A program made the position numbers and the translations under genes. Shown in pieces: positions 50,116-63,117 of a DNA stretch of 64,000 nucleotides. Position 1 is the stretch's first letter. Each line of letters starts with the position of its first letter. The notes under the pieces are model-generated. The model saw nothing but the letters and a program-made list of their open reading frames with translations. It was not told the origin of the DNA and did no database searches. Source of the stretch: Eledone cirrhosa (lineage: Eukaryota); the NCBI GenBank assembly GCA_964016885.1, contig OZ024745.1:77686001-77750000 (forward strand), read 5' to 3'.

Positions 50116-50595
50116 AAACATATCAAACTTAAGCCGTTTAGATTAAGTCAATTTTACTCATATAGTTCCCCGTCCAAGGTGTCTGGAAACAGGAAACAAT
50201 ATTAATTATTTCAAAACTTTGGAATAACCAATATTGGAAAAGTTTAATTCTGTCTTCAGGGAGAGAATTCTTTGGAATAAAAGGAGACATCAAATATAAA
50301 GCATAATATACCATGTCGTTGCCGAGACCGCATGCGTCGTTGAATTATTAAATGAAGCTCTCTCTATATATATATTATGCTTTATTCAATGTCTCCTCTT
50401 AGTCCAAAGAACTCTCCCCCTGAAGACGGAATTAAATTCTTCCAATAATGGTTTTTCCAAAGTTTTGAAATAATCAATATTGTTTCTGGAGGTCAGAAAC
50501 CATGGTTAAGTAACTATAGGAGAAAAACTGACATATTTTAGTCGGTCTAACTAATACCCCCCAAATCGAAATTTTGGCTTAAGTTTAATACGTTT
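50116..50595. mobile_element. Fold-back/MITE with long imperfect inverted arms
   Basis: AAACATATCAAACTTAAGCC...GGCTTAAGTTTAATACGTTT; inner arms 50194-50310 / 50371-50486. Confidence 0.65.
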
Positions 50596-50766
50596 AATTA
50601 CTTCTCTCAGTTGATAATTTATTAGTCTATCTTATCCTTTCACTGAAATATTTACTTCTGCGTCCACAGATTGATATATTTTTAGTTTCAGAAGATTCCA
50701 TTAAGGCTGAAAGCATCAGGGGTTCTTTGCTTAAACTTTAATCTGTTCTTATAATATATATATTAA

Positions 50767-50902
50767 AAGAGTCAGAACCCGACAGCTGAGCTCCGGCCGT
50801 TTCGACAGCTAGATCTGAACGCATTCGGGGTCCTGACTCTTTCTAAGTATCGAGTACCCTGGTGCGTTATGGTCCACCTGGTTCCTTACCACACTTCCTT
50901 CG

Positions 50903-50905
<3 letters not shown>
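50767..50905. repeat. Short (TA)n-inserted element family (also at 13443-13506 and 1092-1150)
   Basis: Shared TAGCTGTCGAAACGGCCGGAGCTCAGC.GTCGGGG; here with inverted ends and a tail. Confidence 0.6.
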
Positions 50906-50983
<78 letters not shown>

Positions 50984-51283
50984 AGTAATCATTATCAGCG
51001 TTTTTATATTTATTTCATTTTATTTTTTGTCATAGCATGTTGTCATTGTTGTTGACCAAGTTGACGTTGCAAATCCTTATCTATATAAACCACATGTATG
51101 ATTTATTCAACTTAGAAATACGTAAATAATGAAACAAAAACATGTGAGAGTGATAGTCTGACCGAAAGTAAAACAGAAAAGAAGTATAACCAAGCACAAA
51201 CAGGCACCCATGTTCACATACTTCAAAATGCACATAAAATATGCTAACACAGTTACATAATGTATATATATATATGTATATAT

Positions 51284-51342
<59 letters not shown>

Positions 51343-51899
51343 AGTGAGTGCTTTCATATATATATATATATACAAACGCATAAATATGTTTATATTAAGT
51401 ATGTGTGCAGACACACACACACATACACACACATATATATGTACTAGCATACATATGTCAAACGCGCATGCGCAATTGTATCCATGTCTGTTTATTCGCA
51501 ATCCAATTCAAGGACATATGCATATTTCAATTCAAATGTGCTTAAGGGCACAATAACAACATTTATTAAAATTCAGACATATGCATATAGATTGCCATTT
51601 CAAGTAATTCCAACGATACAGTCAACACTGTGAGAATATCTCGATTCACAGGACGGGTAAAGGAAATTTAATTGCAAAATAAATATAGAACTTCTATAAA
51701 CAATATAATACTTCGAAATATCATATGCGGATATATATGTTTATATAAATGCATCGGTGCCAATTCAAAATTCATTGAAATTCACATATGCAATAAAAAC
51801 ACGTTTAACGATTCTAGGCTGCTTTGATGAAAAAAAAAAAAAAGATTATCATCAATTTTGTTTTTTAAACTATCGAGAAAATCCCATACCGCATTCGCT

Positions 51900-52110
51900 T
51901 ACCGACTGGAGTGGATCTTGTCAACTCGGACCAAGGTAACAATGTTTCCATTGCTGATACAATATACCGGTCGCAACTCCTGGGAGAAAGAGGAACGTAA
52001 AATAAATTGTCTTGCTCAACGACATAACGCCTCGCACGGTCAGGAAAACGAACTCGCACCCTCGGGATTGTGAATTCAACTCTATAACCACTAAACCAAA
52101 TGCCTCCACT
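51900..52110 (-). mobile_element. tRNA-derived SINE
   Basis: Minus strand TGGTTTAGTGG...GAGTTCGTTTTCC head, then TTGAGCAAGACA body. Confidence 0.6.
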
Positions 52111-52244
52111 ATCGTTAAATATTAAATTGTGTACTAAGCATCTAAAGTACTCAAGTTATATCTGTACACAGATTCATATTCTCTTCTATTTAAGCACACA
52201 AAAAACAATAATATATGAAAGATGTGCTGATTAAGCTGGAGTAG

Positions 52245-52350
52245 TATGAAAGAAAATGTCTCACTCAAGGTGTTAAGGTGCCGCATGGTCAAGGAATCGT
52301 GCTCACGATCGTGAGCCAAGCACCCTAACCACTAAGCCGCTGGCCTTCAT
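52245..52350 (-). mobile_element. tRNA-derived SINE head
   Basis: GCGGCTTAGTGGTTAGGGTGCTTGGCTCACGATC...CCTTGAG. Confidence 0.5.
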
Positions 52351-52542
52351 TTAAAAGCATATAAATCTTGCTGAATCGATAAATTGTTCAAATACTTTTT
52401 GCTCTGGGCCCATATTGTTCGTAATATATCTCTAGAAATTCATTGCCTGAATCATACTTGAAGGCATTTACATACGACCCACAAACATAGATCTAAAGAA
52501 CTCACAGAACACACAGAACCATATACATATATATACTTATGT

Positions 52543-52601
<59 letters not shown>

Positions 52602-52819
52602 TGTATACATATATACATATATACATATACACATATACACATATACACATATACATATATACATATATATATACATATATACATATATATATATATATAT
52701 GTAGGAGGTGAGTTTTATTGTAGTACAATAAAGCAATGCAGATATCGGGTAAGAAGCACTCTACAGTTTGTAGGACTGGAGTATACATAATATATATAAG
52801 AACAAAAGATGGTTTTGTT

Positions 52820-52866
<47 letters not shown>

Positions 52867-53086
52867 CGTTTCTGAATTTGTTTAGCAAGATTCTTTATCT
52901 GAAATCGTGTGTTGAAACCGATATTGTTATACTTTGGGAGGGTCATGTTGCCAATAAGAAACACACGCACCAGTTGCTTTCACTTCAATTTATTATATAT
53001 TTATAAATTTATAAATTTACAAATCTACAAACTTATAAATTTCTGGTTGGTTGGTTGGTTCCACAACCAGATAGTTGTTTATATAT

Positions 53087-53131
53087 AGTCATAGTCCTTT
53101 CGTCACACACTCTGTGACCTCTTCAGTGACT
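53087..53131 (-). ncRNA. Type I hammerhead ribozyme (mirror copy at 54631-54675 on plus strand)
   Basis: AGTCA-CTGAAGA-GGTCACA GAGTG TGTGAC-GAAA-GGAC-TA-TGACT. Confidence 0.78.
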
Positions 53132-53351
53132 GGGGATTCCTTTCTTTGTTTCTGTGCCTTTCCTTTCTTCTGTCCTACGCCATTTTGTTTCTGTGTGTGT
53201 GTTGTGTGCTCAGTTTGTGCATGCGCCACATCCAGGTGTCTGTGTGTGTTTGTGTTCATTTATCTATCTATTTGTTTATTTATTTATTTATTTATTTACA
53301 TGTTGTTGGTTGGTTGTTTGTTCTATGTGTGTGTGTGTTTTCATTTTGTCC

Positions 53352-54617
53352 TTAATTGTAAGTTGTGATGTTGCTGTTCCACTCATATTTTCTATTTAAT
53401 TTTGGTTGTAATTCTTTTATGCTTACTGCCTCTGTAATTTGCCTAAACATTGCATCTTTTCTGTGTGTGGATTCTATTTTTATTTCTATGTTCTCTAATT
53501 TACCCTTGTGCTCTATCTTAGCATGTTGGTAGAGCACAGATGATTCTTTATTATCTTGAAGGTCTCGCCAGTGTTCATTTATTCGTTCCCCTATACTACG
53601 AGCTGTCTCACCTATGTACACTATATTTTTGTTTCTACATTGTCCTTCAGTACATCTTATGTTATACACTACATTTCTAGTTTTACAGTTAATATGGGGG
53701 CTTATTTTACAGGTTATACATTTCTTATCTATACATGAGGGTCTTTGGAACGGGTATGTCTTGCTAATAAGTGTTTTTACGGAGGTACCTGGTCTTTCTA
53801 CTATCTTAATATTGAGTTTATGTTTATTTAGGGCCCTTCTAAATTTGTAGGCTAGTTCGCCTCTAGGGGTTGTATTAATGAACATTACACTCTGGTATTT
53901 ATTGCTATCATACCATGAGTTTATTCTATTGGCCTTGTTCCTAGTTCTTTCTATTCTATTCCAAAATTTGCTCCTATACAAGAGGCAGGTCCCATTTATG
54001 TCATTATTTACCATTTTTTCCCATTTGGTTCTGGCTCCTCTATACACTCTGATTCTATCTCTCTGATTGTAGCCAGAGAACTGCATACGGTGGATGAAGT
54101 GTTGTATGTGTCTCTCTAGTTCTTCGGGGTTGCACATGCGGGACACATTTCTCATCACCCGTACCAAATCCGCAATCAGTATGTTGATTTTGGTATGGTC
54201 CGAAATGGCCGAGTTTCGGTGGATCAGATGTTTTGAAGTCATGGGTTTGGCGTAATGGGAATGGAGGATTTGTTTTTGGTTGTTAATGGTATCTAACCAG
54301 AGCTCTGTGTCTAGTACAGGTAATCGATGGTTGGGGTGTCTACTTCGGTAGTCTATAGTAACTCTAATGCTCTGGTGGATGGAGTTTGCTATTTGCTGGA
54401 TGCTTTCCATTGTGTTTTTCTCTAGTTCCTGACTGTTCTTTAGTGGGGGTGTCTTAACTACGATGTTTATATCATCTACGTAGCGGGAGTACATTATCAG
54501 GGTTAAGCTGTCTTCTAATTGTTCTTTAAGTTTGTGGCGCATGCGCAAACTGAGCACACAACACACACACAGAAACAAAATGGCGTAGGACAGAAGAAAG
54601 GAAAGGCACAGAAACAA
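53352..54617 (-). CDS. Truncated PLE RT (YVDD onward) + GIY-YIG; N-terminal ~28 codons come from the inverted pseudo-LTR
   Basis: RYVDDI, LPVLDT, HSHYAKP, VVYNIRC...YIGETARS in one open frame. Confidence 0.75.
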   Translation of the reverse strand: MFLCLSFLLSYAILFLCVCCVLSLRMRHKLKEQLEDSLTLIMYSRYVDDINIVVKTPPLKNSQELEKNTMESIQQIANSIHQSIRVTIDYRSRHPNHRLPVLDTELWLDTINNQKQILHSHYAKPMTSKHLIHRNSAISDHTKINILIADLVRVMRNVSRMCNPEELERHIQHFIHRMQFSGYNQRDRIRVYRGARTKWEKMVNNDINGTCLLYRSKFWNRIERTRNKANRINSWYDSNKYQSVMFINTTPRGELAYKFRRALNKHKLNIKIVERPGTSVKTLISKTYPFQRPSCIDKKCITCKISPHINCKTRNVVYNIRCTEGQCRNKNIVYIGETARSIGERINEHWRDLQDNKESSVLYQHAKIEHKGKLENIEIKIESTHRKDAMFRQITEAVSIKELQPKLNRKYEWNSNITTYN

Positions 54618-54892
54618 AGAAAGGAATCCCAGTCACTGAAGAGGTCACAGAGTGTGTGACGAAAGGACTATGACTATATATAAACAACTATCTGGTTGTG
54701 GAACCAACCAACCAACCAGAAATTTATAAGTTTGTAGATTTGTAAATTTATAAATTTATAAATATATAATAAATTGAAGTGAAAGCAACTGGTGCGTGTG
54801 TTTCTTATTGGCAACATGACCCTCCCAAAGTATAACAATATATATATATACATATGTATATATATGTATATATACATATGTATACATATATA

Positions 54893-55005
54893 CAGCGGCG
54901 TCTGTCCCTCATCATCACTGCCATGTTCTGCCTCTCCAAGAGACCAGTGTCTGTCCTTAGGGCATCGACATATGTCAACCTCGGTCTCCCTCTTCCAGTG
55001 TAGGG
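54893..55005 (-). mobile_element. RTE-like LINE 3' fragment (similar piece at ~38950-39060 on plus strand)
   Basis: [19 protein letters not shown]...MMRDR. Confidence 0.55.
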
Positions 55006-55022
55006 GCTCTCTCTCTCTCTCT

Positions 55023-55162
<140 letters not shown>

Positions 55163-55179
55163 CATATACATACATATAT

Positions 55180-55216
<37 letters not shown>

Positions 55217-55277
55217 CACGCACACACACACACATATATATATATATATACATATATACACATATGTATATATATGT

Positions 55278-55367
<90 letters not shown>

Positions 55368-56010
55368 ACGTGTACAATAGCAATAATTGCGAAAACCAGA
55401 TGTAGATATTCTTAATTCCTTTTATACATAATCTACCGTAATACATATGTCTGTGGTGATATTGTTTACGTTGGGCTGTCATCACGCAACCACTAACACA
55501 ACATAATCAGACAACGTTTTAAGTAATAAGGTTCTTATGTAACATTTCTAAAACAATACAGACTATAAATAAGGGGACGGACGGATCCTATGTTACTCCT
55601 ATTAGAGTCTGTTCCCTTATGAGTTGAAATCCCACTTTACAGTTGCTCACAAGCGTGGAAGTGAGGGAATGATTAATTGCTACCGTTTTTGTATTTAGTT
55701 TACAACTTAGGAAAGGTTCTCGGGATACCCAGTCATATATCACAGTTCTTTACACTCCTCAGAGTTCTATTTAACACATAAAGTTTTCTTTACTATTGGA
55801 GCCGTACGGTCTAACAGCCGATATTACCAGCGATATCTCCAATACAACTATATTAGGATTTTTGTAACAGCATGCGTCACCCCTCACTACTACCATTGAA
55901 TGCATCCTAAATCCCACATCTTTTCTTTTCTAGTGTTAAAAGCACAATTACCAACATAGACGACAATGTTAATGTCCAAGAATATCAATGACATTTCTTG
56001 TTATACATTA

Positions 56011-56180
56011 ATTGTTTCTACTTTTGGCACAAGGCCAGCAATTACCCAGTGTATTACTGGTACTTTATTTTATCGACCCCATAAGGATGAAAGGCAAAGT
56101 TAACCTCGGCGGGATTTGAACTCAGAATGGAAAGGGCCGTAACTCTTTGCGTCAAAGCATGGCGTCCGACCCTCTACATT
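56011..56180 (-). mobile_element. tRNA-derived SINE, longest copy in the window
   Basis: B-box GAGTTCAAATCCC then CTTTGCCTTTCATCCTTATGGGGTCGATAAAATAAAGTACCAG; TTGTTATACATTAA duplicated on both sides (55998 and 56179). Confidence 0.8.
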
Positions 56181-56423
56181 GTTATACATTAATGAGATCC
56201 AACAACATCAGTTGTTATATTATTTAAGAAAAAGAATACAATGTATTGAATGAATTCATATTTTCTATGGAGTATTACGCGATTTTCTTCATATACACAC
56301 AAGGTCACACTCAGATACACCCACCACATTCTCAACACACAGTGTGACTACATCTATCCGGTAATGCTATGCGTATCATATCACAAAAATATGGATAAAC
56401 ATCGCAAATGATATATGTGCGTT

Positions 56424-56672
56424 TGTATGTATGTATGTATGTATGTTTTCTCTTTCTCTTAATTTCGAGTATATTTTTTTTTGATGTATGTATGTATGTA
56501 TGTATGTATGTATGTATGTATGTATGTATGTATGTATGTATGTATGTATGTATGTATGCATGTATGTATTATGTATGTATGTATGTATGTATGTATGTAT
56601 GTATGTATGTATGTATGTATGTATGTATGTATGCATGTATGTATGTATGTTTTTATGTATGTAGGTATGTAT
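56424..56672. repeat. (ATGT)n microsatellite
   Basis: Direct reading. Confidence 0.95.
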
Positions 56673-57351
56673 GAATGTCTCTTCTTTCATTCATACCCGC
56701 ATTATATACATGTACGTGTTTCTTTATGTGAATGTGTGTGTGTATGTGTATCCAACTATTCAATGATGCCGAGAATAACAAGAGAAACCTCAATGCATTT
56801 ACATATATCAACTTTGTATGAATTTATATGTGGGCGTATGATGTATACTGCCTGAATATGTCCAAGTATATAATATATATATATATATATATATTACTCT
56901 TTTACCTTTTACGCCAACTGGCTGAGATCATGCTGAGGCACCGCTATTGCCATTAAACTTTGTATAGCCAGCCTTCCTTCCGTTCGTGCAGTCGGTTCAT
57001 CTGAGTTCTTCGTTAGCAGAATGTCGATATGTTTCTTGCAACAAAGATGTCCGCCTAGGGTTGATTGTGCTTTCCTTTTAGGAATATAATAAAAGAGTTC
57101 ACGCAGGGGAAGGTAATTTAGAAAAAAAGTATAGAAAAAGGGGTTATTTAAAAAAAATAGGGTAAGATCTAGGGAGGTAACTCTTGAGAGACCACAGACA
57201 ATTTTGAATGAAAATAGAAGCACAATAATTTCTTCTAGTTGACTCCAAAGATCCAATTTCACTGAATTACAAGATAGTCAGTAACTCAAGAGATATTACT
57301 GGACCTGTTAGTCAGGCCTAAGCCATTTATCCAAAATATATAAACAAGTAC

Positions 57352-58665
57352 ACGGAGAAAAGAAGAGTAAGGAGAAAAGGAGAGTAAGGAGAAAATGAGA
57401 GTAAGGAGAAAATGAGAGCAAGGAGAAAAGGAGAGCAGGGAGAGCAATGAGAAAAGGAGAGCAAGGAAAGCAATGAAAAAAGGAGGGCAAGGAAAGCAAG
57501 GAGAGTAAAGAGAAAAGAAGAGCAAGGAAAGAAAGGAGAGCAATGCGAAAAGAAGAGCAAGGAGAGAAAGAAGAGCAATGAGAAAAGGAGAGCAAGGAAA
57601 GCAAGGAGAGCAAAGAGGAAAGAAGATCAAGGAGAGCAAGGAGAGCAAGGAGAAAAGGAGAGCAACGAGAAAGGGAGAGCAAGGAGAGCAAAAAGTGCAA
57701 GAGGAGCAAGGAGAGCCAGAGAAAAGGAGAAAATGAGTGCAGGGAGAGCAATGAGAAAAGGAGAGCAAGGAGAGCAAAAAGTGCAAGGGGAGTAAGGAGA
57801 GCAAGGAGAGCAATGAGAAAAGGAAAAAATGAGTGCAGGGAGAGCAATGAAAAAAGCAAGGATAGCAAGGAGAAAGGAGAGGAAGGAAATCAATGAGAAA
57901 GGGAGAGCAAGGAGAGCAAATATAAAGGAGAGCAAAGAGAGGAAGGAGAAGAATGAGAGCAAGGAGAGCACGGATAAAGGAGAGCAAAGAGAGGAAGCAG
58001 AAAATAAGAGCAAGGAGAGCAAGGAGAAAGGGAGAGCAAGGAGAAGAAGGAGAGCAATGAGAACAAGTAGAGGAAGGAGATAAAGGAGAGCAAGGAGAGC
58101 AATGAGAAAATGGGATCAAGGAAAGGAAGGAGAGCAATGAGAAAGGGAGAGCAAGGAGAGGAAGGAGAGCAATGAGAATGAGAGACCAAGGAGAGCAAGG
58201 ATAAAAAGAGAGCAAAGAGAAAAGGGGAGCAAGGAGAGGAAGGAGAGCAAGGATAATAGGAGAGCAATGAGAAAAGAAAAGCAATGAGAAAGGGAGAGCA
58301 AGGAGAGCAAGGATAAAAGGAGAACAAGGAGAGGAAGGAGAGCAATGAGAATGGGAGAGCAAGGAGAGCAAGGATAAAAGGAGAACAATGAGAAAAGGAG
58401 AGCAAGGAGAGGAAGCAGACCAAGGATAATAGGAGAGCAATGAGAAAAGGAGAGCAAGGATAATAGGAGAGCAATGAGAAAAGGAGAGCAAGGATAATAG
58501 GAGAGAAATGAGAAAAGGAGAGCAAGGTGAGGAAGGAGAGCATTGAGAAAGGGAGAGCAAGGAGAGGAAGGATAAAAGGAGAGCAATGAGAGCAATGAGA
58601 AAGGGAAAGCAAGGAGAGCATGGAGAAAGGGAGAGCAAGGAGAGCAAGGAGAGCAAGGAGAGGTT
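57352..58665. repeat. 1.3-kb purine-rich degenerate minisatellite (AAGGAGAGC/AATGAGAAA units)
   Basis: Direct reading; ~9-bp core. Confidence 0.92.
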
Positions 58666-58729
58666 AAGGCAAATATTGCTGGAAGCAGACAAAGGTAGAA
58701 GAGGAAGAAGAAAAATATCCACTGAAGAG

Positions 58730-59045
58730 ATACATTCTGCACCAAAATGACTTTTCTTCCTTTACAAACATCGAGTTTTCGTCTTTTGTAACTCCTGGTA
58801 GAAAAACTTTCTTCACGAGATTTTCTATCAGCACCGATTTCCTCGACAAAGACCTTACAACATGGAAGGATGATCCTGGTTACAAAAGTGGACTTGAAAA
58901 ACTTGAGAATGATGTTGCAGAAAGAGGTGTCAAACTCATTCAGAATAACAAAAGATGAAACTGAGAAACAATTTGTTTTACAGATCGTTAGCGAAAACAG
59001 TAAGGCATACCCAACTGCAACTAAATCCTCTTTTATGCAAAAATA
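58730..59045 (+). pseudogene. Decayed DNA transposase C-terminus (hAT/hATm-like)
   Basis: DFLDKDLTTWKDDPGY...NDVAERGVKLIQ, frameshift, then ITKDETEKQFVLQIVSENSKAYP. Confidence 0.6.
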
Positions 59046-59487
59046 GTGTTCAGTGGTCACCTTATGTTTTTGATTCTATAGAAATTATTGTTGTAAATAA
59101 AAATGCGTTTCTCTTACAGAAGTTGTGTTCTTTATTAAGAAAACCTAATATTTCTTAAGTTTTTCCTGTAATTTCAGGAATTTTTCAAATTATTGGTAAA
59201 TTTGATTCAGAACGTTTTAAAACATTTGCTGGGTTTGCCTGGATGTGTCCACATAAATTTGTAAAGAAGACAAAAGAAAATAGTCGAGGGAACAGTATAC
59301 AGCTTTTGAACAAAATTAATCGTTACGTATAATATGTTTCAATTTCAAGGCGTTTGAGAGTCGCCTAACAGTTGTCCGATTCAAATTTTGCACACACCAT
59401 GTTTTGTTAATTGGAATAGGATTAGGGGGTGGGAGCAGCAAAATGTTACCTTTCGGAAAATTACCTATTGCTATATATGTATAGGAA

Positions 59488-60470
59488 ACATCAATAATAA
59501 GTGGGGTGCCCCAGGGCACATTCTTGGGACCACTACTGCTTTTGGTGGTTCTCTCAGACTTGCCGTCTGTAGTACATACAACATCCCTCACTAGCTATGC
59601 TGAAGACAAAACGGTAGCACAGGCAATCAAAACCCCGGCTGACGCTGCCCTTTTCCAGAAAGATCTGGATGCCATATACAAATGGGCTGAGGAAAGCAAC
59701 ATGCAGTTTAATGCTGGAAAATACAATAAAACTACAGGAGGGATCGAAATCCCCGTGTCGAAATCGATACAAGACCTGGGCATACACATGAGCGATGACG
59801 CATCTTTTTCATGAGGGTGGCGACAATGTGTAGGCGACTTGCTAGCTGGATCTTGAGGACTTTCCGGACAAGAGACCGAGAGACCATGTTTATACTATGG
59901 CGTACATTTGTCCTAAGCCACCTGGTCTACTGCTCCCAGCTGTGGTCACCCCATAGTATCAAACTAATCGCGGAGCTTGAGGCAATCCAACGAAGCTATA
60001 CCAAGAGGATTTCCACAATGAAGGAGATGAGATACTGGGAGAGGCTAAAAGAACTGAAACTCTACTCCTTGGAACGAAGACGGGAGACATGTGCAGTAAT
60101 ATACATATGGAAAATCCTGGAGGGACTAGTACCAAACATTGGCATTGAGAGCTGGACCAACCCCCGAACAGTTCGTCAATGTGTGGTGCCAAAGGTCCCG
60201 TCTTTCACATCTAGAATAAGGAGCAGATATTGCAATAGGCTGGGGTTCAAAGGCCCTCAAATCTTCAACAAACTGCCAAGATATTTGAGAGATCTGCTTG
60301 GTGTGGACGTGGAAGTTTTCAAGAAACGTCTTGACACCCTGCTATCCAGGAACCCGGATGAGCCCACAGCCCGGTACGAATGTAACCTAAGGGCAGAAAT
60401 GGCCAGCCACCAATGTGTACCAAGAAGGGCGGTGCCCCAGCATGGCCTCAGCCGGACGGCTGGAGCAGGT
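59488..60470 (+). mobile_element. 5'-truncated CR1-group LINE (RT palm to C-terminus), disrupted
   Basis: GVPQGTFLGPLL, YAED (YADD altered), DLGI, LVYCSQLWSP, LYSLERRR. Confidence 0.88.
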
Positions 60471-60476
60471 AAAAGA

Positions 60477-60512
<36 letters not shown>

Positions 60513-60717
60513 TTATCATGAGTTAAGGCTCTATTGATTTTTCCCTGGATTTCTTTAAATTCTGTTGGATAAATCTATATCCTGATTCCTTTTGAATTGA
60601 GTCTGAATTATTTTTCCCATATCTTATGTTAACTATTTTCCCATTTTGACGCTATAGTCACTTATATGTTATGGAATACTGTTAGCTTCTCGCTACAACA
60701 ATTTCTATACTTTTCAT

Positions 60718-60940
<223 letters not shown>

Positions 60941-61619
60941 CAATCTAGCTGTCGTCTGTTCTACAGCGTAGATGTAATTCACTTCGCGCAGAAGTTTTGT
61001 TCAAATTTATTGCGGAAATTTTGTAAGTTCAATTTTAATTTTGATACTATTGTGAAGCTTGACCCCCCGTCTGAACTGTCAGGCGGTGGGTCAGCTCATC
61101 TTTACCCCTCCCAGGGGTGAAAAACCTGTTTTTAAAAATTTTGTGGCATAAAAAATTTCAATCGTCTGACAGAAATGTTAAACGAAGCTAACGAAAATAG
61201 TGGTGGGGGGACAGCGGTAAGAGTTGTAAGCTCGCACGCTTTAGCCCCCCCCCTTCCTTCCCAACTAACGTCATAGAGAAGGAAAGAAAAAATAAAAAAA
61301 AACAGACGAATCTGCGGAGAAAAATGACGAAAACACAAATCTGGACATTGATTCCAACAACGAAAAAAAAAATTGAAAAATTGCATGACAATATTAATAC
61401 CACAAACAAAGACACGACAAACACAAAAATAACATTTGAAAACAACATCATAACAGAAAGCAAAGCAGACGACAAAGTCAACACCAATAATATTTCATTT
61501 GCACAAACAACAAAGAAATCTTTGACATATATACCTGAAAATATTTCAGATGTGGCACAAAGAATTACAGACGCCAACAATACATAACTGAAGGGGAAAA
61601 TGGTATTTTATCGGTAAAA

Positions 61620-62741
61620 ATGCCTCAAGAACTCACCAAAGACATTAAAAGTCGGACGGTCTTTTTCCGCACCATCAACATTTCTAAAAAACCTCAACAG
61701 CCAACACAAACAGAAATCAAAGCAGTACTTACAGAAGTACTTAATGAAACCACTTTCATTAGAAGAGACAGACTGTATGGAAGCCTAGCGATTATTATGA
61801 AGAACGAATCGGCGGCAAAAAAATGTGCTTTGTCACCGATTCGTTCGACAAATTTTACCTTTTATCCATCTTATATGGGTAAAAGAACTCAGCGCATATG
61901 GCTGGATGCAATGATGCCAGATGTGGACTACTGCTGGCTCATAGCTGGCTTCATCGATCCAGCGAATGACAACGTGATTTCCATTGGGAAAACCACAGGC
62001 AATGCGTTCAGTGGAACAGGTATAGAACTTGTAGTGCAAATGAAGCCTGAACGCATCGCCCAAATACCCGACAGAATCCTATTAGAGGGCCACGGGTATA
62101 TAAACATTAGCGTGGAGGGGAGAAGGCCGTCCTGTCATATCTGTGCAGGCAGAGGGCACCTGAAGGCGGCTTGTCCCCAACTCAACAAAAAGAAAACCTT
62201 GCTACCAACACCAGCTCCACCACCACCACAACAGATAAACAAACAACAAAACTCAGTCCCACCCAACCCGTCCCTCAGTAAAACTACACCACCACCACAA
62301 CACAAACAGTCACAACACATTACCCAAAAACAAAATACAGTCCCACCCAACCCCTCACTCAATAAAACAACACAACCACCGCAGCCACAACACACAACAC
62401 AGTCTAACATAGTGACATCCATCTCCCCCACAAAGAAAACCAACACGGAAACATTACCAGCAAACATACCTCTTCCCTCCAACACTGAAGGTAACCCAAC
62501 GAATTCGGAGGAAGAAACGGAGTCCTTCAGACAGATTAAAAGGAAAAAAAGAAAACATGTGCAAAACACACAAGGCCAAACAACCCCTACCCAAATGTCA
62601 ACACAATCCAACAAAACACAAAACACCCCTCCAGCAACAAACAAAACCAAACCTGCCCCCCCCCCCTCTTCGAAACACTCACACCATCCGGAAAAAAGAC
62701 ATTACACTATACTTACATCAACAGAAACAATAATAAATTAA
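61620..62741 (+). CDS. LINE ORF1 (gag-like, CHICAGRGHLKAAC zinc knuckle, P/T/Q-rich tail); probably broken from upstream ORF 61324-61587
   Basis: 373-aa ORF with CX2CX4HX4C upstream of the APE ORF. Confidence 0.75.
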   Translation: MPQELTKDIKSRTVFFRTINISKKPQQPTQTEIKAVLTEVLNETTFIRRDRLYGSLAIIMKNESAAKKCALSPIRSTNFTFYPSYMGKRTQRIWLDAMMPDVDYCWLIAGFIDPANDNVISIGKTTGNAFSGTGIELVVQMKPERIAQIPDRILLEGHGYINISVEGRRPSCHICAGRGHLKAACPQLNKKKTLLPTPAPPPPQQINKQQNSVPPNPSLSKTTPPPQHKQSQHITQKQNTVPPNPSLNKTTQPPQPQHTTQSNIVTSISPTKKTNTETLPANIPLPSNTEGNPTNSEEETESFRQIKRKKRKHVQNTQGQTTPTQMSTQSNKTQNTPPATNKTKPAPPPSSKHSHHPEKRHYTILTSTETIIN

Positions 62742-63117
62742 ATGAACTCATAAACAATAATCCTTCGGTACAAACCGAAGGTGTAAACTTTGTTTCTTCA
62801 GAAAACTACCCACATTTAAAATTAATAAAGATCCCAATGAACCTCTACCAAAAACTAAAAAAGGATTTTAAGGAGGACGTAGGACCACCCTCTGTCAAAC
62901 CCATAAACCGCGTCCTACTAAAAAGCTTCCCCCCTCCCCTTCCCCTCCCCTCCCCAACACAACTCCAAACACCCCAACCCCACCACACACTGACGACCCC
63001 ACACCACCACAAGACACCCCTTCACCCAACACCCCCGACCCCATGGAAGTCGTGCGACCCGAACCCCGGGAAGCAGAAAGGTAGGTCTCTACACTCTCCT
63101 TTGGCTTTGCCGCCCAC

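Larger units (their letters stand above)
52866..54841 (-). mobile_element. 5'-truncated Penelope-like element with ~307-bp inverted pseudo-LTR
   Basis: 52922-53228 is inverted at 54535-54841; flanked by (TA)n. Confidence 0.92.

Noticed and set aside
57286-59060. 478-aa and 314-aa L/S/P/C-rich ORFs
   Set aside because: Translation of a pyrimidine-rich minisatellite strand.
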